Shown here in pieces: positions 38,907 through 47,547 of a stretch of 64,000 nucleotides of DNA. The translations under genes and the position numbers were made by a program. This stretch comes from Candidatus Woesebacteria bacterium. GTDB lineage: Bacteria; Patescibacteriota; Microgenomatia; UBA8517. The notes below the pieces were generated by a model. The model was given only the letters and a program-made list of their open reading frames with translations. It had not been told where the DNA came from and did no database searches. The DNA lies in NCBI GenBank assembly GCA_016432365.1, contig CP066686.1:474906-538905 (forward strand), in the 5' to 3' direction. Each line of letters begins with the position of its first letter. The first letter of the stretch is position 1.

Positions 38907-39707
38907 ATGATTTCAATTATAGTAACTACAAAAAACGAATCTCTACATTTACCAAAATTTTTGGAAAGTCTTAGGCGGCAAACATACCGAGATTTTGAGG
39001 TAATTGTAGTTGATAACGAATCAACCGATGATACCAAAGATATCGCCAGGAAGTTTGAAGCTAGAGTTTTTAATAAAGGACCGGAAAGGTCCGCCCAAAG
39101 AAACTATGGAGTGAAAATGTCTCGGGGTCAGTATGTTCTTGTTTTGGACGCAGACATGACCTTGTCGCCCAGGGTCTTGGAAGATTGTTTCGGTGTCATT
39201 ACAAAAGACCCCGAAGTTGAGGCGATCACTGTTCCGGAGAAATCTTTTGGTACCGGCTTTTGGACAAAATTTAAAGTTTTTGAAAGGGAATTTTATGTAG
39301 GAGATGAAACGATCGAGGCTCCTAGATTTTTCAAAAAATCCACTTTTAAAAAGTTTAACGGCTATGATATGAGCATCACGGGCCCGGAGGATTTCGATTT
39401 GCCGCTGAGAATGCGAAAAGAAGGAATCAAAATTGGCCGAATTAAAAGTTTTATATACCACGATGAAGGCAAATTCTCCCCATTTAGGTCAGCCAAAAAG
39501 AAATACTATTACGCTGCTCACGCTAGAGGGTTTTTGAAAAAGCACCCAGAGCAAATTTTAGGTCTTGGCAATTTGGTTTTAAGGCCGGTCTTTTTTAAAA
39601 AATGGAGAAAGATAGTTTCACATCCATTTTTGTCTTTGGGAATGGTAACAGTAAAAGTAATTGAGGGTATAGGTGCAATGCTTGGCATTCTATATTCAAG
39701 TATTTAA
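38907..39707 (+). CDS. GT2 glycosyltransferase
   Basis: ISIIVTTKNE, VVDNESTD, GPERSAQRN, LDADM and GPED motifs. Start set at ATG 38907. Confidence 0.9.
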   Translation: MISIIVTTKNESLHLPKFLESLRRQTYRDFEVIVVDNESTDDTKDIARKFEARVFNKGPERSAQRNYGVKMSRGQYVLVLDADMTLSPRVLEDCFGVITKDPEVEAITVPEKSFGTGFWTKFKVFEREFYVGDETIEAPRFFKKSTFKKFNGYDMSITGPEDFDLPLRMRKEGIKIGRIKSFIYHDEGKFSPFRSAKKKYYYAAHARGFLKKHPEQILGLGNLVLRPVFFKKWRKIVSHPFLSLGMVTVKVIEGIGAMLGILYSSI

Positions 39708-39781
39708 GCAGAATAATAAATGCTACTTCTAGCTCACTCTAATTCATAAGTTTTTTTTATAATTGTCTTTTACTAGCGGTC

Positions 39782-39810
39782 TTGCGTTTTATGTCTGCGA
39801 TGATTAGAAT
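39782..39810 (+). promoter_or_regulatory. Sigma70-like promoter
   Basis: TTGCGT-N17-TAGAAT, 13 nt upstream of ATG 39824. Confidence 0.5.
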
Positions 39811-39823
39811 GCAGGTCACAGTT

Positions 39824-40462
39824 ATGTTTAAAGAATTGTTGGATTACGAAGATGAATTTCACCTCCTTTATTTAGGGAAACTCACTAAACGCGAAGGCTG
39901 GAAAAACGTTAGAGAACATGGCGTTACCCAACTACTTGGTGCAAAAGTGTTGGGAGCCTTGCTTGGATTAACAGACGGAGAGCGAAGAGCCTTGGAGTCG
40001 GTTGCAATTATTCATGATTGGGAAAAAAGACTGGATAATTTTCCTGATGATTTTTCGCCAGCTGAGAAAGAAAAAATAGAGCTTTATTACAAAAAAATCA
40101 AACCCGACGAAAGATTGATGGCTGCAACCGGTCCGGATTTTTTGGAAAAAGTTTTATATGCAGAAGTTTCAATATTAGAATTTCTCCAGTTCTATTTAGA
40201 TGATATAACCATGGGGTCTGAGATTGTTCCTTTTGACAAGCGCATCGAAGAAGTCTCTACAAGGAAACAGTATTTAAATGATGACGGCGATTTAACACAA
40301 AGATTAGGTGGAAGAAAATACTGGGAACTTGAAATGGAAGTCGGACATTTGGTGGAGAATATGATTTTCGATTCTTTGAAAGCTCGTGGTGTTGAAATTG
40401 GCAGTCCAAAAGATATACCCTATCTTATAAAGAACAAAATTATAGAACTATCAAATGTTTAA
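39824..40462 (+). CDS. HD-domain protein (putative metal-dependent phosphohydrolase)
   Basis: H...HD...D pattern: REH, AIIHDW and YLDD. Start set at ATG 39824, after the promoter. Confidence 0.6.
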   Translation: MFKELLDYEDEFHLLYLGKLTKREGWKNVREHGVTQLLGAKVLGALLGLTDGERRALESVAIIHDWEKRLDNFPDDFSPAEKEKIELYYKKIKPDERLMAATGPDFLEKVLYAEVSILEFLQFYLDDITMGSEIVPFDKRIEEVSTRKQYLNDDGDLTQRLGGRKYWELEMEVGHLVENMIFDSLKARGVEIGSPKDIPYLIKNKIIELSNV

Positions 40463-41576
40463 CCACATTCCAGTTAACGAACCCGTTTTGTCTGAGGACT
40501 CGAAGATATTTGTAAATAAGGCACTTGATAGTGGATGGATATCCTCATCAGGCAATTATGTAAAGGAGCTAGAGGAAAAGTTTGCTTCTTATATTGGTAT
40601 GAAATACGGAATAGCCGTTTGTAACGGTACGGCCGCACTTCATGTCGCGTTATTATCATTAGGGGTTGGCCCCGGAGATGAGGTAATTGTTCCCGCTTTT
40701 ACAATGGGTGCAACATGGCTTGCAGTGTTATATACAGGAGCGAAACCGGTTTTCGTCGATTGTGAACCTGATACTTTTAATATTGATGTTAAACAAATCG
40801 AAAATAAAATTACAAAAAGAACAAAGGTAATCATTCCGGTTCACATTTATGGGCACGCGGCAGAGATGTCTGAAATTATGAAAATTGCAGGTAGACATAA
40901 AACTATGGTTTTAGAAGACGCAGCGGAAGCTTGCGGCGGGGAATACAAGGGGAAAAAATGTGGTTCTTTCGGAGAAATAAACGCATTTAGTTTTTATGCC
41001 AACAAAATAGTCACGACAGGCGAAGGGGGAATGATGGTAACTAATAACGAGGTCTTAGCAACAAAAGCAAGAATGTTTAGAGATTTGCACCACTCGGCAG
41101 CCAAACGGTTTATCCATGATGGTATCGGGTTTAATTATAGAATGACTAACCTACAAGGCGCGCTGGGGTGCGGGGAAATAGCCCATATCGACGAGTATCT
41201 TCTTAAAAAGCAGTATATGGCCTCCCTATACGATATCCTGCTTAAAGATGTCCCAGGAATCAGATTGCCAAAAACTAAAAGCTATGTAAAAAACGTTTAC
41301 TGGATGTATGGGATTTTGCTTGACGAAGAAAAATTTGGAATGAGTAAGAATAGGCTTCGTGAGGAACTTAGCAATAAAGGGATTGAGACAAGGGACTTCT
41401 TTTATTCGCCTAACAACCAACCCGTCTTGAAAAAATATCTGAAAAACAACGATAAGTTTGTTAATACGGAAAATATTGAAAGAAATGGTTTATATATTCC
41501 TTCTGGGTTGGCACTAACTGATAAACAAATGATTAGTGTGGCATCTGCAATAAAAAGTTTGTACGTTGCAAAATAG
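40455..41576 (+). CDS. DegT/DnrJ/EryC1 PLP sugar aminotransferase (perosamine-synthase-like)
   Basis: NGTAALH, VHIYG, EDAAEA, FSFYANKIVTTGEGGM and GFNYRMTN motifs. Confidence 0.9.
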   Translation: MFNHIPVNEPVLSEDSKIFVNKALDSGWISSSGNYVKELEEKFASYIGMKYGIAVCNGTAALHVALLSLGVGPGDEVIVPAFTMGATWLAVLYTGAKPVFVDCEPDTFNIDVKQIENKITKRTKVIIPVHIYGHAAEMSEIMKIAGRHKTMVLEDAAEACGGEYKGKKCGSFGEINAFSFYANKIVTTGEGGMMVTNNEVLATKARMFRDLHHSAAKRFIHDGIGFNYRMTNLQGALGCGEIAHIDEYLLKKQYMASLYDILLKDVPGIRLPKTKSYVKNVYWMYGILLDEEKFGMSKNRLREELSNKGIETRDFFYSPNNQPVLKKYLKNNDKFVNTENIERNGLYIPSGLALTDKQMISVASAIKSLYVAK

Positions 41577-41665
41577 CCCCTTTGCACGATTTTACATGGA
41601 GACTCAAATTATTATCGATACATTCCTAGTGGCGATTAATTCTGGTATAATCGTGACAACCAAAC

Positions 41666-42664
41666 ATGACAAAAATTCTTAAGGGGAAACGAATATTAGT
41701 TACGGGAGGCACGGGATCCTTTGGACGCATGTTCATCGGTGAAATTCTGAAGTACGAACCCAAAGAAATAATTGTTTTTAGCAGAGACGAAGACAAACAG
41801 GGTATTATGAGGTTGGAATATAAGGATAAACTGGGTATTCGTTTTGTGTTGGGGGACATAAGAGATTTTAGAAGTGTTCGTGAGGCCGTGCGAGGCGTGG
41901 ATATCATCGTTCATGCGGCTGCTCTAAAGTGGATCACAGAGGTTGAATATAATGTTTGGGAAGGTGTAAAAACTAACGTAATTGGCGCAGAAAACATAAT
42001 TGAAGCGGCCAGAGATGAGGGTGTAGAAAAAGTTGTCGCACTTTCGACTGACAAAGCCGTTGAACCGATTAATGCTTACGGAATGGCAAAAGCGCTTCAG
42101 GAGCGACTTATTACAACTGCAAATCTCTACGATGTGGGCAACACCGTTTTTGTTTCTACAAGGTATGGGAATGTTCTTGGATCAAGAGGGTCTGTAGTGC
42201 CACATTTTAAGAAATTAATTTCGGAAGGCAAGCCATTAACTATTACAGACACCGGGATGACCCGTTTCATTCTAACTCTCCAAAAAAGCGTTGAGTTGGT
42301 ATTAACGGCAATGACAGAAGGTGTAGGTGGAGAGGTGTTTGTAAGAAAAATGCCGGGCCATTCCATCATAGATCTTGCCGAAGTCCTTCTGGAGGCCAAC
42401 GGTAAAAATACTAAGAATATTATTAATATGGGAATCCGTCCCGGTGAAAAAATTCATGAAACACTGATTAGTCCGGCAGAAAGTGTGAGAACAGTTGAAT
42501 TTGGAGATTACTATGTAATTTTACCCCAGATTTCTATCCCGGCGGTAGAGAAAAAATATTCAGGTAAAAAGACGTTAAAAGAATTCAGATACGCCTCAGA
42601 CACCACTGAACAAATCGGAAAAAAAGAACTCCGTTCGTTATTAGAGAAAGAGGGTTGGATATGA
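41666..42664 (+). CDS. UDP-GlcNAc 4,6-dehydratase (PseB/FnlA-like, polysaccharide biosynthesis protein)
   Basis: TGGTGSFG, FSRDEDKQ, HAAALK, STDKA, RYGNVLGSRGSVVP, MTRF and GIRPGEKIHE motifs. Confidence 0.9.
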   Translation: MTKILKGKRILVTGGTGSFGRMFIGEILKYEPKEIIVFSRDEDKQGIMRLEYKDKLGIRFVLGDIRDFRSVREAVRGVDIIVHAAALKWITEVEYNVWEGVKTNVIGAENIIEAARDEGVEKVVALSTDKAVEPINAYGMAKALQERLITTANLYDVGNTVFVSTRYGNVLGSRGSVVPHFKKLISEGKPLTITDTGMTRFILTLQKSVELVLTAMTEGVGGEVFVRKMPGHSIIDLAEVLLEANGKNTKNIINMGIRPGEKIHETLISPAESVRTVEFGDYYVILPQISIPAVEKKYSGKKTLKEFRYASDTTEQIGKKELRSLLEKEGWI

Positions 42665-42795
42665 AGCTCCCCAACACAATCGGCAGGGTATCTTCTCCCA
42701 GCGCTTTGTCGGGAGCGGAATCCCTCCGAAGCGAAACCTCTTCGCTTTCACCCTCAGAGGCTTTAAGCCCGGGGTATTCGCGAAGGGGGATAAAA
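42661..42795 (+). mobile_element. 135-nt structured miniature insertion (MITE/REP-like) at an ATGA gene junction
   Basis: 56% GC by hand count with several stems (GAAG..CTTC, CTCCC..GGGAG, AAGCGAA..TTCGCTT). ATGAA occurs at both 42661 and 42796. Removing it restores a plain ATGA overlap. Confidence 0.65.
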
Positions 42796-43671
42796 ATGAA
42801 AATTGGTATAACCGGTGCAACAGGGTTCATGGGCAGGCATATTATTAATAAACTTCAAGGTGAGGGTCACTCAATTAGTGTTCTTGCAATAGAAGAAAAA
42901 CCTACACTACCCAAGGATATAAAGTGGGTACATGGCAATTTAGTTAGCGGGGTAGGCATAGCGAAGTTTTTAAAGGATGTTGAAGTGGTTATTCATTTAG
43001 CGGGAAGAAATTTGCCGCCGGAAGAGGAATTAATTAAAGATAACGTTTTGGCTACCCGCAATCTGGTGATAGAAATGTTAAAGCACCCAATAAAACAACT
43101 CATCTTTACTTCATCGGTAGCTGTTTATGGAAAAGACAAAAAAAGTAAATTTAAGGAAACCGATGAATGTTTCCCGAACACCGAATACGGATTGACAAAA
43201 TATCTCGCTGAAAAGGAGGTTCAATATTGGGTTACAAAAACCGGCAATCCTGCAACTATTTTCCGCCCCTTTAACGTTTATGGTCCTGGAAATTCTAAGG
43301 GGATAATTTACACATTTTACTCAAACATAAAAAACGATGGCAAGGTGATTATTTACGGTGATGGTAAACAAGAAAGAGATTATTTGTATGTCGGTGACAT
43401 AGTTGAAGCATTTTCTACAGCAATACGAATCAAGAAAAGGGGAATTTTCAACTTAGGGGCGGCTAAAAAATATTCGGTTTTAGAAGTGCTTGAAGTTTTC
43501 AAAAAGGTGATGAGGAGAGATATCGAAGTTGACTTTACCTCTACGGAGGAGGGTAAGGTCTTCAACATTAACCAGGATTTGTCCTTGGCGAAAAAAGAAC
43601 TCAAGTGGGAGGCGAAAACTTCATTTGAGAAGGGTTTAAGAAAAACAATTGAATGGTATGAAAAGCAGTAA
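42796..43671 (+). CDS. NAD-dependent epimerase/dehydratase (extended SDR)
   Basis: MKIGITGATGFMG, SSVAVYG, YGLTK, RPFNVYG and GDGKQERDY motifs. May carry a 45-aa insertion-derived extension starting at 42661. Confidence 0.85.
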   Translation: MKIGITGATGFMGRHIINKLQGEGHSISVLAIEEKPTLPKDIKWVHGNLVSGVGIAKFLKDVEVVIHLAGRNLPPEEELIKDNVLATRNLVIEMLKHPIKQLIFTSSVAVYGKDKKSKFKETDECFPNTEYGLTKYLAEKEVQYWVTKTGNPATIFRPFNVYGPGNSKGIIYTFYSNIKNDGKVIIYGDGKQERDYLYVGDIVEAFSTAIRIKKRGIFNLGAAKKYSVLEVLEVFKKVMRRDIEVDFTSTEEGKVFNINQDLSLAKKELKWEAKTSFEKGLRKTIEWYEKQ

Positions 43672-44734
43672 GAACTTTCAAAGGGGTAGAATTCTTCTTG
43701 TAAGCCACGTTTACCACACTGAATCAGGGCCTGTATACGGACCTTTTAATGTAATTAAAGATTTTCTAAACACAAACAAAAGGTCGTTTCAAACGATCGA
43801 GTATCCGTTAGTCTCCCGTACACCGCTTATCATAAAATCTGTTTTTGAAACGGTTAAAACAGTAATGACAGCTGCTGTTTACAAACCGAAAATTTTTATT
43901 GGAATTGACCCCTTGAATGCGTTCGCTGGTGTGATTCTAGAGAGGTTTGGTTTAGTGAAGAAGGTGGTTTTTTATTGCGTTGATTATACACCAACCAGAT
44001 TTAAAAATAAGATTTTAAATAGCGTTTATCTTGGTATTGACAAGTTTGTATCAAAAAATTCCGATGAGGTCTGGAACGTTTCTTCGAGAATTGTCGAAGT
44101 TAGAAAAAAACAAGGTATATCTGATTCGAAAATAAAGTTTGTTCCAAATGCACCGATTTTTGGAAGTTGCCCAAGATTACCTGCTGAGAAAGTGAATAGA
44201 AATAATATAGTTATGGTCGCCGGACTGACCCATGGTCCCGTGTTGGATCTTGTTCTGAAAGCCTTTAAGAACGTTGTGGCTAAATTTTCCAAGGCAAGAC
44301 TTTTAATAATTGGGACCGGACCTTATCAAGATAAATTGAGACTGAAAACCAAGAAAATGGGACTTTCTGAAAATATAAAATTCTCGGGACAATTACCAAA
44401 CAAAAATTTATTACACGAGGTTTCAAAATCAGGTATAGCCTTAGCAATTTACACCTTCTCGGATGATTACAGCTGGATTTATTATGGAGATTCAAAAAAG
44501 GCGAGAGAATATTTGGCTTGCGGTACACCGGTCATTATTACTGATGTGGTCGCTACCGCGGGGGATGTGAGAGACTACAACGCCGGCTTGGTAATTAAAC
44601 CGAATTCAGAAAGCCTGGAGCAGGCGCTAAGTAAAATTTTAGGAGATAAAAATTATTGGTTGAAATGTAGGAAAAACGCAGCCAAATTGGGCAAAGATTA
44701 CGATATCGACTCGATATTAGGCAAAATAATCTAA
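43658..44734 (+). CDS. GT4 glycosyltransferase
   Basis: GIDPLNA, VVFYCVDY, DEVWNVS and YGDSKK.REYLACGTPVI motifs. Confidence 0.85.
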   Translation: MKSSKNFQRGRILLVSHVYHTESGPVYGPFNVIKDFLNTNKRSFQTIEYPLVSRTPLIIKSVFETVKTVMTAAVYKPKIFIGIDPLNAFAGVILERFGLVKKVVFYCVDYTPTRFKNKILNSVYLGIDKFVSKNSDEVWNVSSRIVEVRKKQGISDSKIKFVPNAPIFGSCPRLPAEKVNRNNIVMVAGLTHGPVLDLVLKAFKNVVAKFSKARLLIIGTGPYQDKLRLKTKKMGLSENIKFSGQLPNKNLLHEVSKSGIALAIYTFSDDYSWIYYGDSKKAREYLACGTPVIITDVVATAGDVRDYNAGLVIKPNSESLEQALSKILGDKNYWLKCRKNAAKLGKDYDIDSILGKII

Positions 44735-45669
44735 TTTTCTCGTTTGAGGTAATCTTCAATTGTTTTTTTTAATCCTGTTTTGAAATCTGTTTTGGCTTTA
44801 AACCCAAATTCTTTTATAGCTTTACCTACATACAATCTTCTTCTTGGCTGACCGTCCGGTTTTGATTTATCGAATATAATGCTGCCTTTAAAACCAATCA
44901 TTTTTGAGATTGTTCTTGCCAGTTCTTTAATGGATATCTCAAACCCCGACCCCAAGTTTATAGGGTCAGGTTTATTGTATTTTTCGCATGCCTTTAATAT
45001 TCCCTCTGCGGCGTCATCCACGTAAAGAAATTCACGGGTGGGTTTCCCGGATCCCCAAATTACAACTTTCTTGGATTTGGTATTTCTTGCTTCGGCAAAC
45101 TTCTTAATAAGTGCTGGGATTACATGCGAAGAGGTGGGATCAAAGTTGTCTCCCGGTCCGTACATATTTACAGGTAGAAGGTAGATGGAATTAAACCCAT
45201 ACTGTTTTCTATACGCTTGAGATTGAACCAAAAGCATTTTTTTAGCTAGGCCGTAGGGCGCGTTTGTTTCCTCAGGGTACCCATCCCAAAGATGCTCTTC
45301 CTTAAAAGGAACAGGTGTAAATTTTGGATATGCGCAGATTGTACCTATCAAAACGACCTTTTGTACATTGCAGGCCTTCGCTGCACGCATAATGTTGATA
45401 CCCATTATGATGTTGTCGTCAAAAAGTTCTGCTGGTTTACTTTGGTTGTATCCAATTCCACCTACATTTCCTGCAAGATGGATTACAATATCTGCATTTT
45501 TAAATGCTTTAAGGCAGGATCGATAATCTCTTAAATCGGTTTTTTTGTGGTTAGGAATCACTATTTTTGCCGGTTTTAACTTTAAAAGTTTTTTGACAAG
45601 GTGGATTCCCAGGAAGCCACTTCCTCCGGTTACTACAACGATTTTACTTTTCCAAAAATTCTTCATCAT
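44731..45669 (-). CDS. fcl: GDP-L-fucose synthase
   Basis: TGGSGFLG, VGGIGYN, GTICAYP, YGLAKK, SHVIPALI, WGSGKPTREFLYVDD and KPDGQPRR motifs. Confidence 0.9.
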   Translation of the reverse strand: MMKNFWKSKIVVVTGGSGFLGIHLVKKLLKLKPAKIVIPNHKKTDLRDYRSCLKAFKNADIVIHLAGNVGGIGYNQSKPAELFDDNIIMGINIMRAAKACNVQKVVLIGTICAYPKFTPVPFKEEHLWDGYPEETNAPYGLAKKMLLVQSQAYRKQYGFNSIYLLPVNMYGPGDNFDPTSSHVIPALIKKFAEARNTKSKKVVIWGSGKPTREFLYVDDAAEGILKACEKYNKPDPINLGSGFEISIKELARTISKMIGFKGSIIFDKSKPDGQPRRRLYVGKAIKEFGFKAKTDFKTGLKKTIEDYLKREN

Positions 45670-45673
45670 TGGA

Positions 45674-46633
45674 TTATTTTACCTTATTTTTGAAGTTGAT
45701 CTTTTCTGAAATAAGGTAGATTGGTCTATTGATAATTTCTTTATGCAAAAAACTGACATATATGGCGACGATTCCCATACTTGCTATGACAAAACCGATT
45801 AAAAGTGTGTTAAACACAACTAATACGATTGTGGGGGAAAAATATCTAATATTTTTTTCGTAAAGTATTACTGAAATCATGCAAATAAGACATATTAGTG
45901 AGGTGATAATAAGAAAAAGGCCGAAATACAGAATATATTTTAAAGGTTTAGTTGAAAGTGAAAGAATTCCGGTTTTGGCAAACTCCAGATTTCTCCCGAA
46001 GTTATACCAGGCCTTCCCCGCAGTTCTCCTTCTTGCTACATAGTCCACTACGGCAGTGGGATACCCCATCCAGGAGACCATCCCTCTCAGGAATCTGTTT
46101 TTTTCTTTCATGGTTTGAAGCCGTTGGTAGACCTCTTTATCAAGCAATTTAAAGTCCGCCATTCCTTCTTTGATTTGTGTGTCTGAAAGCGCATTAGTAA
46201 AAGCATAAAAAAATTTAGACATTAGATTTTTAAAGAAGGGAATATCTTCGGTTTCCACCCGTCTTGTGTGTACAATTTTTGCGCCCTTCAACCACTTGGA
46301 TATTAATTTCGGAAATAAACTTGGAGGATGTTGTAGGTCCGAATCAAGGTAGATGACAGCATCACCTTTTGCTGCATCAATTCCGGCGGTTATTGCTATT
46401 TGTTGTCCAAAATTACGTGTTAATCTTATGCCCTTTACTTTTTTATTGTGTTTGGCGATCCGCGATATTTCGGGCCATGTACCATCCGAGCTTCCATCGT
46501 CAACAATAATACATTCGTAATTAAATCGACCAATTTTTTGCATTACACCGTTCACCTCGTCTGCCAATTTTGCCAAACTTTTTTCTTCGTTGTGGGCCGG
46601 GGTTACAATGGTGATAAGTTTTCGTTTTGTCAC
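45674..46633 (-). CDS. Polyprenyl-phosphate glycosyltransferase (GtrB-like GT2)
   Basis: PAHNEE, VDDGSSD, RNFGQQ.A..AG, DSDLQHPP, DFKLLD and RFLRG motifs; two TMs, then RPIY. GTG start. Confidence 0.9.
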   Translation of the reverse strand: MTKRKLITIVTPAHNEEKSLAKLADEVNGVMQKIGRFNYECIIVDDGSSDGTWPEISRIAKHNKKVKGIRLTRNFGQQIAITAGIDAAKGDAVIYLDSDLQHPPSLFPKLISKWLKGAKIVHTRRVETEDIPFFKNLMSKFFYAFTNALSDTQIKEGMADFKLLDKEVYQRLQTMKEKNRFLRGMVSWMGYPTAVVDYVARRRTAGKAWYNFGRNLEFAKTGILSLSTKPLKYILYFGLFLIITSLICLICMISVILYEKNIRYFSPTIVLVVFNTLLIGFVIASMGIVAIYVSFLHKEIINRPIYLISEKINFKNKVK

Positions 46634-46727
46634 GGTTTCAATTTGTGGCTATAGTCTATACTCCGTATCCCCATTTGTCCATTCCAGTGGGGAATGTTTT
46701 TTACTCGGTACATGATAAAATAGCCGG

Positions 46728-47546
46728 ATGAGGGGAATGAAAATTTCGGTTTTAATGCCCGTATACAATTGTGCAAAATATCTTGATGTGGCAATTAAAA
46801 GTATTCTGTCCCAGACGTTTAGAGAATTTGAATTCATTATTGTTGATGATGCGTCTATCGATTCCTCGAGAACGATTATAAAAAAGTACTCAAAAAAAGA
46901 CCCCAGAATAGTTTTTATCCCTCTTGAAAAACATGTTGGTACATCAAAAGCATTAAACAAAGGTCTTTCCTCTGCGGTCGGCAAATATATTGTCCGAATG
47001 GACGCTGACGATTGGAGCTATCCGGACAGACTTGAAAAACAATATCGTTTTATGGAGTCACATAAAGAAGTTGGTGTTAGCGGCGGTGCAGCCGAAATAT
47101 GTGATGAAAAATTAAATAGACGTTACACGAGAAGATATCCCGTAGGGGATTCTGATTTAAGAAAAATAATATTTTTATATAGCCCATTCGCCCATCCGGC
47201 GACTATTTGGAATAAGAAATTGTTGGAGGAGTTAAATGGGTATGATGAAAATATTCCCTTAAGCCAAGATGCGGAACTCTATTTCAGGATTGGGGCAAAA
47301 TCGAAATTTGCGAACATCAAAGATGTTTTAATTAAGTTGAGAATGCATGATAAATCCAGCTCTATTGCAAAAAACAGACTGCAAGAAAAATACGCGATCT
47401 ATGCAAGAATAAAGGGAGTAATGGAGTATAGATACAAAGCAAGGATAATAGATTGGTTGTATATTTTTTTTCGTTTGATGTCCGCGTTTTTTATACCAAC
47501 CCAAATAAAGTTTTTTATGTTTAATTTATTAAGGAGGAAAAAATAA
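46728..47546 (+). CDS. GT2 glycosyltransferase
   Basis: ISVLMPVYN, VDDAS, RMDADD and FAHPA motifs. TGATAAAAT lies 6 nt upstream of the ATG. Confidence 0.9.
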   Translation: MRGMKISVLMPVYNCAKYLDVAIKSILSQTFREFEFIIVDDASIDSSRTIIKKYSKKDPRIVFIPLEKHVGTSKALNKGLSSAVGKYIVRMDADDWSYPDRLEKQYRFMESHKEVGVSGGAAEICDEKLNRRYTRRYPVGDSDLRKIIFLYSPFAHPATIWNKKLLEELNGYDENIPLSQDAELYFRIGAKSKFANIKDVLIKLRMHDKSSSIAKNRLQEKYAIYARIKGVMEYRYKARIIDWLYIFFRLMSAFFIPTQIKFFMFNLLRRKK

Positions 47547-47547
47547 C

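Noticed and set aside
46668-46702. TCCCCA..TGGGGA hairpin followed by a T-run as a terminator
   Set aside because: It lies between divergent genes, has a large imperfect loop, and no upstream plus-strand gene needs terminating.
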